Program-made: the position numbers and the translations under genes
Part shown: positions 47,837-56,667 of the stretch, piece by piece
Layout: each line of letters opens with the position of its first letter
Position numbering within the stretch: the stretch's first letter is position 1
The notes under the pieces: model-generated
What the model saw: only the letters and a program-made list of their open reading frames with translations
The model's database searches: none
What the model was told of the DNA's origin: nothing
Origin: a virus
IMG/VR virus record: IMGVR_UViG_3300050029_000117
Span: 1-57,188 of that record
Direction: 5' to 3' (one strand)
DNA length: 57,188 bases

Positions 47837-49023
47837 TACCAGCTCCACCCGCAGCGCACGCCCGCCTCTCGCCCAGTGCGGCCAGCCGATGGGTCAAGTG
47901 CCCCGGCAGTATCTCAATGGGTGAGGCGCACCCCGACCGCAGCAGGTCCGAGTCTGCCGAGGAGGGCACTGCCGCCCACTGGATAGGTAGCGAGGCTCTG
48001 GCCAGCGGTGTGTGGCACCCAGTCGGCACGCCCGCACCAAACCACATAATCACCACCGTAGAAATGGTGGAGTGTGCCGGTGTGTACGTGCAGGCCGTAG
48101 CCGCCAGCATGGGTGAGCATCGCCCAGCCCTGGTGGTTGAGCAACCGATGGTCTGCGCGGAGATCCACCCGGAATGTTGGGGTACACCGGACTTGTGGTA
48201 CTTCATTCCCGCTACATGGGAATTGCACATCTGGGATTACAAGCACGGGTTTGGCATCGTGGACCCGTATGAGAATTACCAGTTGCTCTGCTACTCAAGT
48301 GGGGCATTATGCCAGATAGCCACACAGATGGGTATGACAATGGGCCAGATTGACCAGAAAGTTACCATTGTCATGCACATCTGCCAGCCCCGTCCGTTTC
48401 ATGTGCTCGGGCCGGTACGTGAGTGGCGCCAGACCGCTTGGTTCTTGCGCGGGTATATCAACACAATGGCCAACGCTGCGGCTAAGGCACTCCAGCCCAA
48501 CCCAGAGTGTAAAACCGGTCCGCACTGCTTATATTGTGGTGGTGCTAAGGCTGATGCGTGCGAGGCGTTACGTAAGGCGTCATACTTGGGTGTGGATTAC
48601 TGCGAATCAACCGCAGCGCAACAGCTCACGCCCGGAGCACTCAGCCGAGAGATCGCCGTGCTGCAACGTATCCAGGCGCTGGTCAAGGCCAGGTTGCAGG
48701 GTATGGAGCAACAGGCAATCGGTGTCATCAAGACCGGTGCAGTGGTGCCCGGATGGGGTATCGAGACCGGTAAAGGCCGGCAGACGTGGAACAGACCGGT
48801 CGAGGAAGTTGTGGCACTCGGTCAGATGATGGGCCTGGAGTTGGCGGCACCCACCGCAGTAATCACACCTGCTCAGGCCCGCAAGTTGGGTTTGCCGGCG
48901 GAACTGGTAGATGCGTACAGTATCGTGCCTAGCACTGGTGAGAAATTGGTAGCAACGGGCGGGTCATTGGCAAGTTTGGTATTTAAAGGCGTAACATCAC
49001 CGAGTATTACAGGAGGAGAGTGA
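47821..49023 (+). CDS. PD-(D/E)xK exonuclease (DUF2800/Cas4-like) with a C-terminal Cys cluster
   Basis: LSPSAASRWVKCPGS, EEGTAAHW, LHIWDYKHGFG and CKTGPHCLYCGGAKADAC. Confidence 0.65.
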   Translation: MGGTLVPAPPAAHARLSPSAASRWVKCPGSISMGEAHPDRSRSESAEEGTAAHWIGSEALASGVWHPVGTPAPNHIITTVEMVECAGVYVQAVAASMGEHRPALVVEQPMVCAEIHPECWGTPDLWYFIPATWELHIWDYKHGFGIVDPYENYQLLCYSSGALCQIATQMGMTMGQIDQKVTIVMHICQPRPFHVLGPVREWRQTAWFLRGYINTMANAAAKALQPNPECKTGPHCLYCGGAKADACEALRKASYLGVDYCESTAAQQLTPGALSREIAVLQRIQALVKARLQGMEQQAIGVIKTGAVVPGWGIETGKGRQTWNRPVEEVVALGQMMGLELAAPTAVITPAQARKLGLPAELVDAYSIVPSTGEKLVATGGSLASLVFKGVTSPSITGGE

Positions 49024-49024
49024 C

Positions 49025-49279
49025 ATGCAGATCAGCCATAGAGGTAGAATGCCCGGCATAGCAACAATGATGGCAATACTGGCTGCGGGTGGTGTAGGTG
49101 GTACTGCTGCGGCACTTCCGGTTCGCGGCCCGGTAAACCAACCGGCAGCACCAAGATTGCCCCGAATGTCCCTACCAGATTTTCGTCAAGCTCGGGGTAA
49201 AGCGGGGCGTCCCAAACGTCATAAAAACCCAGCAAAATGCGCTACAAAAGCTAAATTGCGCCGTCGTCGTGCAGCATAA
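49025..49279 (+). CDS. 84-aa basic protein with one hydrophobic segment
   Basis: Strong SD ACAGGAGGAGAG. The same 16-mer, ATTACAGGAGGAGAGT, recurs before the next gene (about 49294). Confidence 0.45.
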   Translation: MQISHRGRMPGIATMMAILAAGGVGGTAAALPVRGPVNQPAAPRLPRMSLPDFRQARGKAGRPKRHKNPAKCATKAKLRRRRAA

Positions 49280-49315
49280 CCGGTCCACGGACCGTATTAC
49301 AGGAGGAGAGTAACC

Positions 49316-50209
49316 ATGTCAGACATTTTATTTCCACCGGGCAGGATGATTGGCGGCAACCTCGACAAGCTGTTCCCCCGTACCGAGGCGAACGGTACCC
49401 CCAAAATCGGCAAAGACGGTCAGCCCGAGATGCAGTGCTCTATCGGGTACGCTATCCCCAAAGGTACCGAGACGCACTGGAGCCAGACACCGTGGGGCTC
49501 CGAGATCTTCAAAGTCGGTTCGGCTGCTCACCCCAATCTGGTGCAGTCCCCCTCGTTCAGCTGGAAGATCACGGACGGCGACAGCCAGCTGCCCAACAAA
49601 AAGGGTAAACGCCCCTGCGACCAGTCGGCCTATCCGGGCAACTGGGTTATGTGGCTGTCACAAGGCTGGCTGCCCAAACGGGTCAATGCCAACGGCACTA
49701 TCGAGTTGCCAGAGGGCTCCATTGTACCGGGCTTCTACATCCAGGTATTTGGTAGCGTGGCGGGTAACAAGCTCGTACCAAACGGTACGCCTGGCGTGTA
49801 CCTCAATCCTATCGCCGTGGCACTGATCGGTGAGGGTGACCGCCTTACCGTGGATGTTGACACTACAGCGGTCGGTTTTGGTACTGCTCAGTTGCCGCCA
49901 GGTGCTCGACCCGTAACAATGGCCGCACCGGAATTTGCGCAACAGCCCCCCATCGGTGCCCTCGCCCCAGCGGGCTTTGCGTCTCAGCAGGGCCAGCCGG
50001 CTCCGGGCTACCCCGCCGGTGGTGTACAGCCCGCTCCAAATTTCCTGCAGCCTTCGGGTGCTCCCGTGGCTCCAGGTGTGCCGACCGTGCCGCCCGCCCC
50101 TCCTGCTGGTCCGCAGATGACGGCCAAAGCTGCAGGTGCGCCGTACTTGGCGTTTATCGCGCAGGGCTGGACGGACGAGATGCTGCGTGCTCAAGGGTAT
50201 ATGGTATAA
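49316..50209 (+). CDS. single-stranded DNA-binding protein (DUF2815/gp2.5-like, putative) with a Pro/Ala/Gln-rich C-terminal half
   Basis: Lies after the DUF2800-type nuclease, as in related replication modules. Its N-terminal OB-like region was judged by eye only. Confidence 0.4.
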   Translation: MSDILFPPGRMIGGNLDKLFPRTEANGTPKIGKDGQPEMQCSIGYAIPKGTETHWSQTPWGSEIFKVGSAAHPNLVQSPSFSWKITDGDSQLPNKKGKRPCDQSAYPGNWVMWLSQGWLPKRVNANGTIELPEGSIVPGFYIQVFGSVAGNKLVPNGTPGVYLNPIAVALIGEGDRLTVDVDTTAVGFGTAQLPPGARPVTMAAPEFAQQPPIGALAPAGFASQQGQPAPGYPAGGVQPAPNFLQPSGAPVAPGVPTVPPAPPAGPQMTAKAAGAPYLAFIAQGWTDEMLRAQGYMV

Positions 50210-50222
50210 TCTAACAATGAAG

Positions 50223-50246
50223 CCAGCGGCCCGTGTGGGCCGCTGG
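50223..50246 (+). terminator. perfect 10-bp GC hairpin (CCAGCGGCCC-gtgt-GGGCCGCTGG) after the SSB-like gene
   Basis: Inverted repeat seen directly. No U-tract, so it could be a terminator, attenuator or processing site. Confidence 0.4.
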
Positions 50247-50259
50247 TATGGAGTGCACC

Positions 50260-50619
50260 ATGAGTCTCAATCAAGATGATTTGCAACGTCTGCGCGATGG
50301 TATCAGTAGGGGGTGGGATTTTACCCACTGTCACGAGATAGACTTCCAGGCGGCTGTAACGGAATTGCTGGACGATGCGCTGGAGGGCGGTGTGTCGCTG
50401 GCGCAGAAGGTGTATGACTGTTGGCCGGGTCTATCGGAGTTGGATAGCGCGGTGGAGGATCTGGATACTCAGGTGGAATACCTAGATTCAATCGAAGTAC
50501 CGTTACACGAACCCGAATTTACGGCGGTTTGTAACGCCCTGCGTAAAGTTCAAGAAACGATAACGGAATTTAGAGACCGGTTGAATGCCGCCGACCAGGA
50601 AGCGAGTAACTTACTATGA
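50260..50619 (+). CDS. 119-aa acidic hypothetical protein
   Basis: ATG 50260 with GGAG upstream. The ORF-track start lies inside the hairpin. Confidence 0.4.
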   Translation: MSLNQDDLQRLRDGISRGWDFTHCHEIDFQAAVTELLDDALEGGVSLAQKVYDCWPGLSELDSAVEDLDTQVEYLDSIEVPLHEPEFTAVCNALRKVQETITEFRDRLNAADQEASNLL

Positions 50620-51215
50620 TACCACAATCCGAATGGCACGCTGCACTGACCGCAGTACTGCATGGTGTCCCTCTCAGTCACCCCAAGCATCCGGCGCTGG
50701 CCTGCGTGCTGGTAGAATTTGCCGACGTGTCCGAGTTGCGACTGATTGGCTCAGATGGTGAGCGTATAACGGTGGTCTGTCTGACTGTTGAACATGGCCA
50801 ACCGGTCAATGGGACGTTCCAGATACCGGTCATTGAGGCACGGGGCATGCTTGACATCTTCCCGCCAGATGCTGAGGCGCGGGTAACACTCTGTTTCATG
50901 GGCAACACGCTGATGGTCACAAACCAGTTGGCCGTGGCGGGATGTGAGCATGCTGTCTGCTCTACCAAATACCCCGAGTACCGCAAGGTGATGCACTACA
51001 AGCGGTGCCCGCCAGATCCCCGGTGGTTCAACCGGCAATTTATGATAGATGCACTGGCCTGTATGGATGGTCTGGCTGACACGGTGGGCTTGCACATTAA
51101 TGGTCTAGTCGGGCCGGGGTATATTGACGCGGTGCTGCGGGATGGGCTGGAGTGCATTACCAGCATACGGGTCGGGTTGGCCAGCGTGCCGGGGCCGGTG
51201 GGGGTGGAGAGTTGA
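50616..51215 (+). CDS. short DnaN-like (beta sliding clamp family) protein, about half normal length
   Basis: LRLIGSDGERITV resembles l.l.atDg.Rla, and CSTKYPEYRKVM resembles DGKFPDYRRVIP of DnaN. 199 aa against about 366. Confidence 0.4.
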   Translation: MIPQSEWHAALTAVLHGVPLSHPKHPALACVLVEFADVSELRLIGSDGERITVVCLTVEHGQPVNGTFQIPVIEARGMLDIFPPDAEARVTLCFMGNTLMVTNQLAVAGCEHAVCSTKYPEYRKVMHYKRCPPDPRWFNRQFMIDALACMDGLADTVGLHINGLVGPGYIDAVLRDGLECITSIRVGLASVPGPVGVES

Positions 51216-52676
51216 TCACTTACGGGTCGGTGTGTAGCGGAATAGAAGCGGCCACATTAGCGTGGGAGCCGTTGGGCTGGCAAGCGGCGTGGTTCTCCGA
51301 AATTGAGCCGTTCCCAAGTAAGGTGCTGGCGTACCGTTGGCCGAGGGTACCAAACTTCGGAGATATGTGCCAATTACCTGCGCTCATACGAGCTGGTATG
51401 CTGGACGCTCCGGATGTGCTGGTGGGCGGTACTCCTTGTCAGGCTTTCAGTGTGGCTGGGCTGCGGCAAGGAATGCTCGATCCCCGTGGTATGTTATCTA
51501 TTAAATTTATTGAGGTGGCTAATGCTATTGACGAGCGACGACCCGACAAACCTTGCACAGTCCTATGGGAAAACGTCCCCGGAGTTCTTAATTCCAAAGA
51601 CAACTCGTTCGGATGTTTTCTCGCCGCTCTTGTCGGGGAAGAAATCCCACTCGAACCGCCAGGGGGTAGATGGACGAACAGTGGTTATGTGTATGGACCC
51701 CAAAGAACCGCTTGCTGGAGAATTCTCGACGCTCAGTTCTTTGGAGTGGCCCAGCGACGCAGACGTGTGTTTGTTGTCGCAAGTGCTGGAGACATCCGTG
51801 TCGAGCAAATACTTTTTGAGCGCGAAGGCGTGCGCCGGGATACTCCGCCGAGCCGAGAAGCGGGGCAAGACGTTGCCGGGTATGCTGCGGGTAGCATTGG
51901 AATCGACGGTGAACAAAACGCAAGCATTGAGTCCATCGGCACCCTGCGGTCACACCAGTCGGGGGGGGTATGAAGGAGCGCGAGTAGCCGTCAACACGAC
52001 CGGCGCGGGTTTCTGGCAGGAGGGTTTTGGTACGCTTCGAGCGAGAGAACAAGAATCGCATGAGCATTTAATTTGCATGTCAACCGGCCAAGCTGGCGCT
52101 GAGATTGGGATTGGGATTGGGACAACGCTCAACTGCAACCATGAGGCACCGATAGTTACACAGCAGTCAGTTGCGTTCTGCCAAAATACCCGTGATGAAG
52201 TGCGTTTGATGGGTGGTGACGGTCAGATAGTCGGTGCGCTTGCCGCGGAACCGGGAATGAAACAAACCTGCTATGTAGCTCAGAGCCAGTACGGCGCGGT
52301 AGCGGGTAGTCTGACCGCACGACACGATAGCAGCCCATGCGCCGACCGGGGAATGAATGTGATTTGCTTTGAACCCGGCATAGCCGCCCGAGAGGGTAAC
52401 CCGAACCGTTTTGCCGACAACGTGTACCCCACCTTGCGGAAAGATGCAGGAGATAATAAACCCGCCGTTGCCACGCACATGCAAGTCCGCCGACTTACCC
52501 CGCGGGAATGTGAGCGCCTACAGGGAATGCCTGATGACCATACGGCTATCCCCGGCGCGGCGGACGGTCCGAGGTATCGCAGTATTGGAAATTCTAAAGC
52601 TGTTCCTGTTGTAACATGGATTGGCAAAAGAATTGATCGAGTTTATAAACAGCTTGATCGGGATCAAACACAATAA
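51212..52676 (+). pseudogene. DNA (cytosine-5) methyltransferase interrupted by a frame change at a G8 tract
   Basis: Upstream frame: motif I region YGSVCSGIEAATLAW, motif IV GGTPCQAFSVAG, ENVPG and QRRRRVFVV, ending at 51973. Next frame: RRLTPRECERLQGMPDDH and IGNSKAVPVVTWIG, ending at 52676. Removing one G at 51961-51968 fuses them. TTG 51212 forms a TTGA overlap with the upstream stop. Confidence 0.7.
51961..51968 (+). repeat. G8 homopolymer at the methyltransferase frame break
   Basis: Eight consecutive G, read directly. Confidence 0.95.
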
Positions 52677-53265
52677 TACCCGCTTTAATTAACTGATAAC
52701 CAACCGTTTCTAAAGACTTATGACATTTAGTATGACCAGATTGATTGGGGAACACGTGCAAATTTTCAATTTCATTATCTGTTTTATCACCATTAATGTG
52801 ATGCACAATCTCACCCTTCTTAGCTTCGGTTATTATTCTATGCACCAGCAGTCGTTCCGATCTACCGTTCCCTCTCGCTTTAACTTTTTGGTTGACACAA
52901 TTATCATGTGTTCGATGAGTGCGTTCTACAGACGGATCACCCGATACTGTACTAAACTCAGCATTTATTTGCGACGTAACAGCAACATACCCCCGTCGGT
53001 TACTCATGCCAGGTGGCAAACCGTCGATTTTTTTAGAGTCTGCGTGCAACGGGTTCCCGTGTTTTCTGTCCATTTGGTAGTGTCGCCAGCACATTTCTTT
53101 AGCTACTGCGGGTCGGTCGCAAAAAGCGCATTTTCTACCAACTACCTTCCCACCCCATTTGTAATCGGGACTGCCGTGCTTATTTATTCTTTTGTAGTGC
53201 ATCAGACAAAAACCGTGTGCCGCATGTTTTCTGCCGCAACCTTCCACCGAACACAATCTACTCAT
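52594..53265 (-). CDS. free-standing HNH homing-type endonuclease in a low-GC island
   Basis: EIVHHINGDKTDNEIENLHVFPNQSGHTKCH gives the HNH core. There are two N-terminal GCxxxxxxxGxCxxHYxRxxKHG repeats. It is on the opposite strand to both flanking genes and is visibly AT-richer. Confidence 0.7.
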   Translation of the reverse strand: MSRLCSVEGCGRKHAAHGFCLMHYKRINKHGSPDYKWGGKVVGRKCAFCDRPAVAKEMCWRHYQMDRKHGNPLHADSKKIDGLPPGMSNRRGYVAVTSQINAEFSTVSGDPSVERTHRTHDNCVNQKVKARGNGRSERLLVHRIITEAKKGEIVHHINGDKTDNEIENLHVFPNQSGHTKCHKSLETVGYQLIKAGIIVFDPDQAVYKLDQFFCQSMLQQEQL

Positions 53266-53304
53266 AACTACCTCCGCTCGTCGTTTGTGGAAACCATAAC
53301 ACTG

Positions 53305-53339
53305 TTTAAAGTAATAGGCAAGTTATTTAAAGTAATAGG
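53305..53339 (+). repeat. two 14-bp direct repeats TTTAAAGTAATAGG with 21-bp period
   Basis: Copies at 53305-53318 and 53326-53339, between the divergent HNH and polymerase starts. The arrangement also gives TTTAAA-17 nt-TAAAGT. Confidence 0.85.
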
Positions 53340-53351
53340 AAAGGCACAGCT

Positions 53352-55277
53352 ATGCCTATAGATTACATATATGATATAGAGACCTACCCCAATGTGTTTA
53401 CCTGCTTCATCAAACAGGCCAGCACACCGAGCCGCTGGCTATTTGAAATATCCGACCGGTGCAATGACCATGACCAAATGATACAGTTTATCCGGTATCT
53501 GGTCTCGTCAGAAGCCCGTATGGTCGGTTTTAATAACCTGGGATTCGACTGGCCGGTGGTAGATTTCATATTGTCTACGCCGGCAGTCACTCCTGCTGCG
53601 ATTTATCAGAAAGTCGTATCAATCATACATGCCAGCGGTGACGACTCCGACGACCGCTGGCGGCATATCATCTGGAATCCGATTGTACCGCAGATTGACC
53701 TCTATAAAATTCACCACTTTGACAACCAGGCTCGTCGTACCAGTTTGAAAGCGTTGGAGTTCAACATGCGGTCGGCCAGTATCGAGGATCTACCGTATGC
53801 ACCCGGTACCGTACTGACCAGCAACCAGATTGACCGCCTGATCACCTACAACGCACATGACGTGGAATGTACCGAGGAATTTTATCATAAGTCTGTAGAC
53901 GCTATTCAATTCAGGGAACAATTGTCTGCCAAGTATAACCGCAACTTTCTTAACCACAATGATACCAAGATCGGCAAAGACTACATGATCATGGAGCTGG
54001 AGCGGCTGGTGCCGGGATCGTGCTATCTTCCAGGTACTCGGACTCCCCGCCAGACGTACCGCGCACAGATTGCGCTGGCAGATGTGATATTTCCTTATAT
54101 TCAGTTTACCCGACCGGAATTTACCGCAGTGCGCGACTGGTTTGCTGCTCAGGTTATCAGCGAAACCAAAAAGATATTCAGCGACATACTATCTGACCGG
54201 CTGGGACAGTTGGCTCAATATGCCACTCTCAAACCAGTCAAGGGCGGTGGCAGTAAAGCGGTCACCCTGAACACGGTGGTCAATGGCTTTCAATTCGACT
54301 TCGGCACGGGCGGCATACACGGGTCGGTCAGCAGCCGGACCGTTCGCAGTAGTGACACCCATTGCATCCTGGACGTGGATGTGACCAGCCTTTATCCGTC
54401 AATCGGTATTGTCAACCGTCTGTATCCTGAACATCTGGGCGAGACGTTTTACAGCGTATACTCCGGCGTTAAAGACCAACGGGTCAGCTATGCGAAAGGT
54501 ACGCCTGAAAATGCAATGCTTAAACTGGCCCTAAATGGTGTGTACGGTGATAGCAACAATCAATACAGCCCGTTTTATGACCCGCAATATACAATGGCGA
54601 TCACAATTAATGGTCAGTTGCTGCTCTGCATGCTGGCCGATTCGTTGATGTATATTCCGGGCCTGGAGATCATTCAAATAAATACTGACGGTATCACGGT
54701 CTATTTGCCCCGTGGGATGCAATGGGTATTCGACCACTTCTGCCGGTGCTGGGAAGGTGTGACAGCATTGAATTTGGAACAGGTTGAATATCAGGCAATG
54801 TATATCCGGGATGTCAATAATTATATTGCAGTCACACTGGAAGGTAAGGTTAAAAGTAAGGGTGCTTATGAGCATAAAGATCTGGGTTGGCACAAGGATC
54901 ATTCGGCGTTGGTCATTCCGAAAGCGGCTGAAGCGGCTCTGCTGCATGGCACACCGGTTGACCAGTTCGTGCGGTCACATGGGGATATGCTTGACTTCAT
55001 GTGCCGAGCCAAAGTACCGCGCAACAGTCGATTGATGCTTGGTGAGCGGCAGATTCAGAACGTCAGCAGGTATTATGTCAGTCATACAGGCGCGTCGTTA
55101 GTCAAAATCATGCCACCGTTGGCTAAGGTGCCAGACAAGGAACGATCAATCGGTATTGCAGTTGGATGGTTGGTTACCGAGTGTAACAGATTGCCGACCA
55201 GCATGCCGGGTGACATCAATTATGAATATTATATCAGCGAGGCGGAAAAGCTGGTTAATCCGCTGGTAGCCAGATGA
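53352..55277 (+). CDS. family B DNA polymerase with 3'-5' exonuclease domain
   Basis: Exo I YDIETYPN, Exo II NNLGFDWPV, Exo III YNAHDVE, motif A DVDVTSLYPS, motif B KLALNGVYG and motif C QINTDGI. Confidence 0.8.
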   Translation: MPIDYIYDIETYPNVFTCFIKQASTPSRWLFEISDRCNDHDQMIQFIRYLVSSEARMVGFNNLGFDWPVVDFILSTPAVTPAAIYQKVVSIIHASGDDSDDRWRHIIWNPIVPQIDLYKIHHFDNQARRTSLKALEFNMRSASIEDLPYAPGTVLTSNQIDRLITYNAHDVECTEEFYHKSVDAIQFREQLSAKYNRNFLNHNDTKIGKDYMIMELERLVPGSCYLPGTRTPRQTYRAQIALADVIFPYIQFTRPEFTAVRDWFAAQVISETKKIFSDILSDRLGQLAQYATLKPVKGGGSKAVTLNTVVNGFQFDFGTGGIHGSVSSRTVRSSDTHCILDVDVTSLYPSIGIVNRLYPEHLGETFYSVYSGVKDQRVSYAKGTPENAMLKLALNGVYGDSNNQYSPFYDPQYTMAITINGQLLLCMLADSLMYIPGLEIIQINTDGITVYLPRGMQWVFDHFCRCWEGVTALNLEQVEYQAMYIRDVNNYIAVTLEGKVKSKGAYEHKDLGWHKDHSALVIPKAAEAALLHGTPVDQFVRSHGDMLDFMCRAKVPRNSRLMLGERQIQNVSRYYVSHTGASLVKIMPPLAKVPDKERSIGIAVGWLVTECNRLPTSMPGDINYEYYISEAEKLVNPLVAR

Positions 55278-55459
55278 TATGCGCGTGTGGCACTGAGTAC
55301 CCCGACGGCTCGGGCCGACGAAAAAGATGCCCGCCGTGCGCCATCATTCGACGCAACCAGCAGGCATCTGCTTGGTACTATGCTAATCTGAGGCCAGCTG
55401 CACCCCGACAGTATGTTAGACGGGTGGTGCTGGGTCAGTCGGCGGTGGAGACAGAATAG
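55274..55459 (+). CDS. 61-aa zinc-ribbon protein
   Basis: ATGA-coupled to the polymerase gene. CAC...CPPC. Confidence 0.4.
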   Translation: MICACGTEYPDGSGRRKRCPPCAIIRRNQQASAWYYANLRPAAPRQYVRRVVLGQSAVETE

Positions 55460-55796
55460 TTGCGGCTTCTGCTGCCGCAGCGAGTACAGCCTGCGCTTGT
55501 CCGGTCTGGCTCTTGATAGCGTTGTAGTGATCCGCTATTGTCAGTGCTTGGGGGGCAAGTGTGGCCGCCACATTAATTGCTGGTGTCAGGGAATCGGTAC
55601 CGAGGGAATGTAGCCCGCTAGTCACAAACCCCGCTGCTATACCGGCCCCCACATTAATAGGTACCGTACCTGTAGCCATACCAAAGCAGGTCGCTCCGCC
55701 TGCTGCCAGTTGAGCGATACCCTTAATACTGCTGGCCGGATCAGCTGCGATGTTTTTAAAGAAACTGCTGAAGAAACTCCCGAGTTTACTCCACAT
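55416..55796 (-). CDS. 126-aa Gly/Ala-rich membrane protein (holin candidate)
   Basis: ATG 55796 with AAGGAGGTG SD. Hydrophobic glycine-zipper-like segments. It lies two genes downstream of the endolysin. The ORF-track N-terminal extension overlaps the upstream gene and is rejected. Confidence 0.45.
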   Translation of the reverse strand: MWSKLGSFFSSFFKNIAADPASSIKGIAQLAAGGATCFGMATGTVPINVGAGIAAGFVTSGLHSLGTDSLTPAINVAATLAPQALTIADHYNAIKSQTGQAQAVLAAAAEAATILSPPPTDPAPPV

Positions 55797-55809
55797 ACTT
55801 ACACCTCCT

Positions 55810-56109
55810 TTATTTAATGTACGGTACGCCTGCTGCATCCAGCTCCAGAACCAGAGCGTCAACCAGTGCAGCAAATTGCTCAGTCCAGGTTGGGACGGGC
55901 ACGGCTGCGGGAAATGTTGCTGCAAGAAACGTGTTGGCAGCGGCCACCACCTCCTGCAATGCGTCGGCTGGGGTCTTGGTGGTGTCGGCGGCCTGCGACC
56001 AGATTCCACCCGAGTCGTTTTTGTTGATGGTGAGCGTGTTGGTGGTATCCTCGAAAACAAGAATGAGGGTATCGGAGCCAAGGGCCAATGTGCTGATTGT
56101 TTTTGTCAT
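55810..56109 (-). CDS. 99-aa hypothetical protein
   Basis: ORF between the endolysin and the membrane protein. Confidence 0.4.
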   Translation of the reverse strand: MTKTISTLALGSDTLILVFEDTTNTLTINKNDSGGIWSQAADTTKTPADALQEVVAAANTFLAATFPAAVPVPTWTEQFAALVDALVLELDAAGVPYIK

Positions 56110-56148
56110 GATATAGTCCTCCGTGCATAAACTGACCGCCTAAGCGGG

Positions 56149-56637
56149 TTACAACTCACCGTTATACAGCTTGATTTCGTTTGCCCTGCGAGTTACGAGT
56201 CCGTCACATACGACATGCTGACCGTCCTTGGTTATCTTATTCCAAACGGCCATACGAGCTGGTACGCCATCATAGTTGCCTGAGTTGAGAGTGGATAGAG
56301 CACTGGATGTCATAAACCCACTATTACCGATGTTGAACGCAAATATGGTTAAAGCGTCAAACTGGTTTTGGTTCAGCGCCACCTTGACGGAGCTGTTAAC
56401 CACGCATTCCACGGGGTAAAGGTCTTGCGCAAGCAGGTCAAGTGATTGCTGCTCTGTTATCCCGTCGTGGGCGGCAACCTGCACCCCTTTAATGGTGATA
56501 AGTCCACTCGCCCGCTCGGATTTGGTAAGTAGATGGCCTATTCCGATAGTAGGTAAACCGGCAGAGTCTTTGTAGAGGTGTAAAACATTATCCTCCCATT
56601 GTTCCAGCAGATTCAATCCGTGATTTGATACTTTCAT
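56149..56637 (-). CDS. GH24 (T4/lambda-R-type) lysozyme endolysin
   Basis: LLEQWEDNVLHLYKDSAGLPTIGIGHLL gives the E-x8-D-x5-T catalytic pattern, plus QFDALTIFAFNIG. Confidence 0.8.
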   Translation of the reverse strand: MKVSNHGLNLLEQWEDNVLHLYKDSAGLPTIGIGHLLTKSERASGLITIKGVQVAAHDGITEQQSLDLLAQDLYPVECVVNSSVKVALNQNQFDALTIFAFNIGNSGFMTSSALSTLNSGNYDGVPARMAVWNKITKDGQHVVCDGLVTRRANEIKLYNGEL

Positions 56638-56667
56638 TTATTCCTCCTAAAATTATGGGTGAACCTC

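Noticed and set aside
51303-51960. N-terminal 220 aa of ORF 51303..52676
   Set aside because: This part is an alternative-frame reading of the region that encodes Dcm motifs I-VIII. Only the portion after the G8 tract shows methyltransferase motifs.
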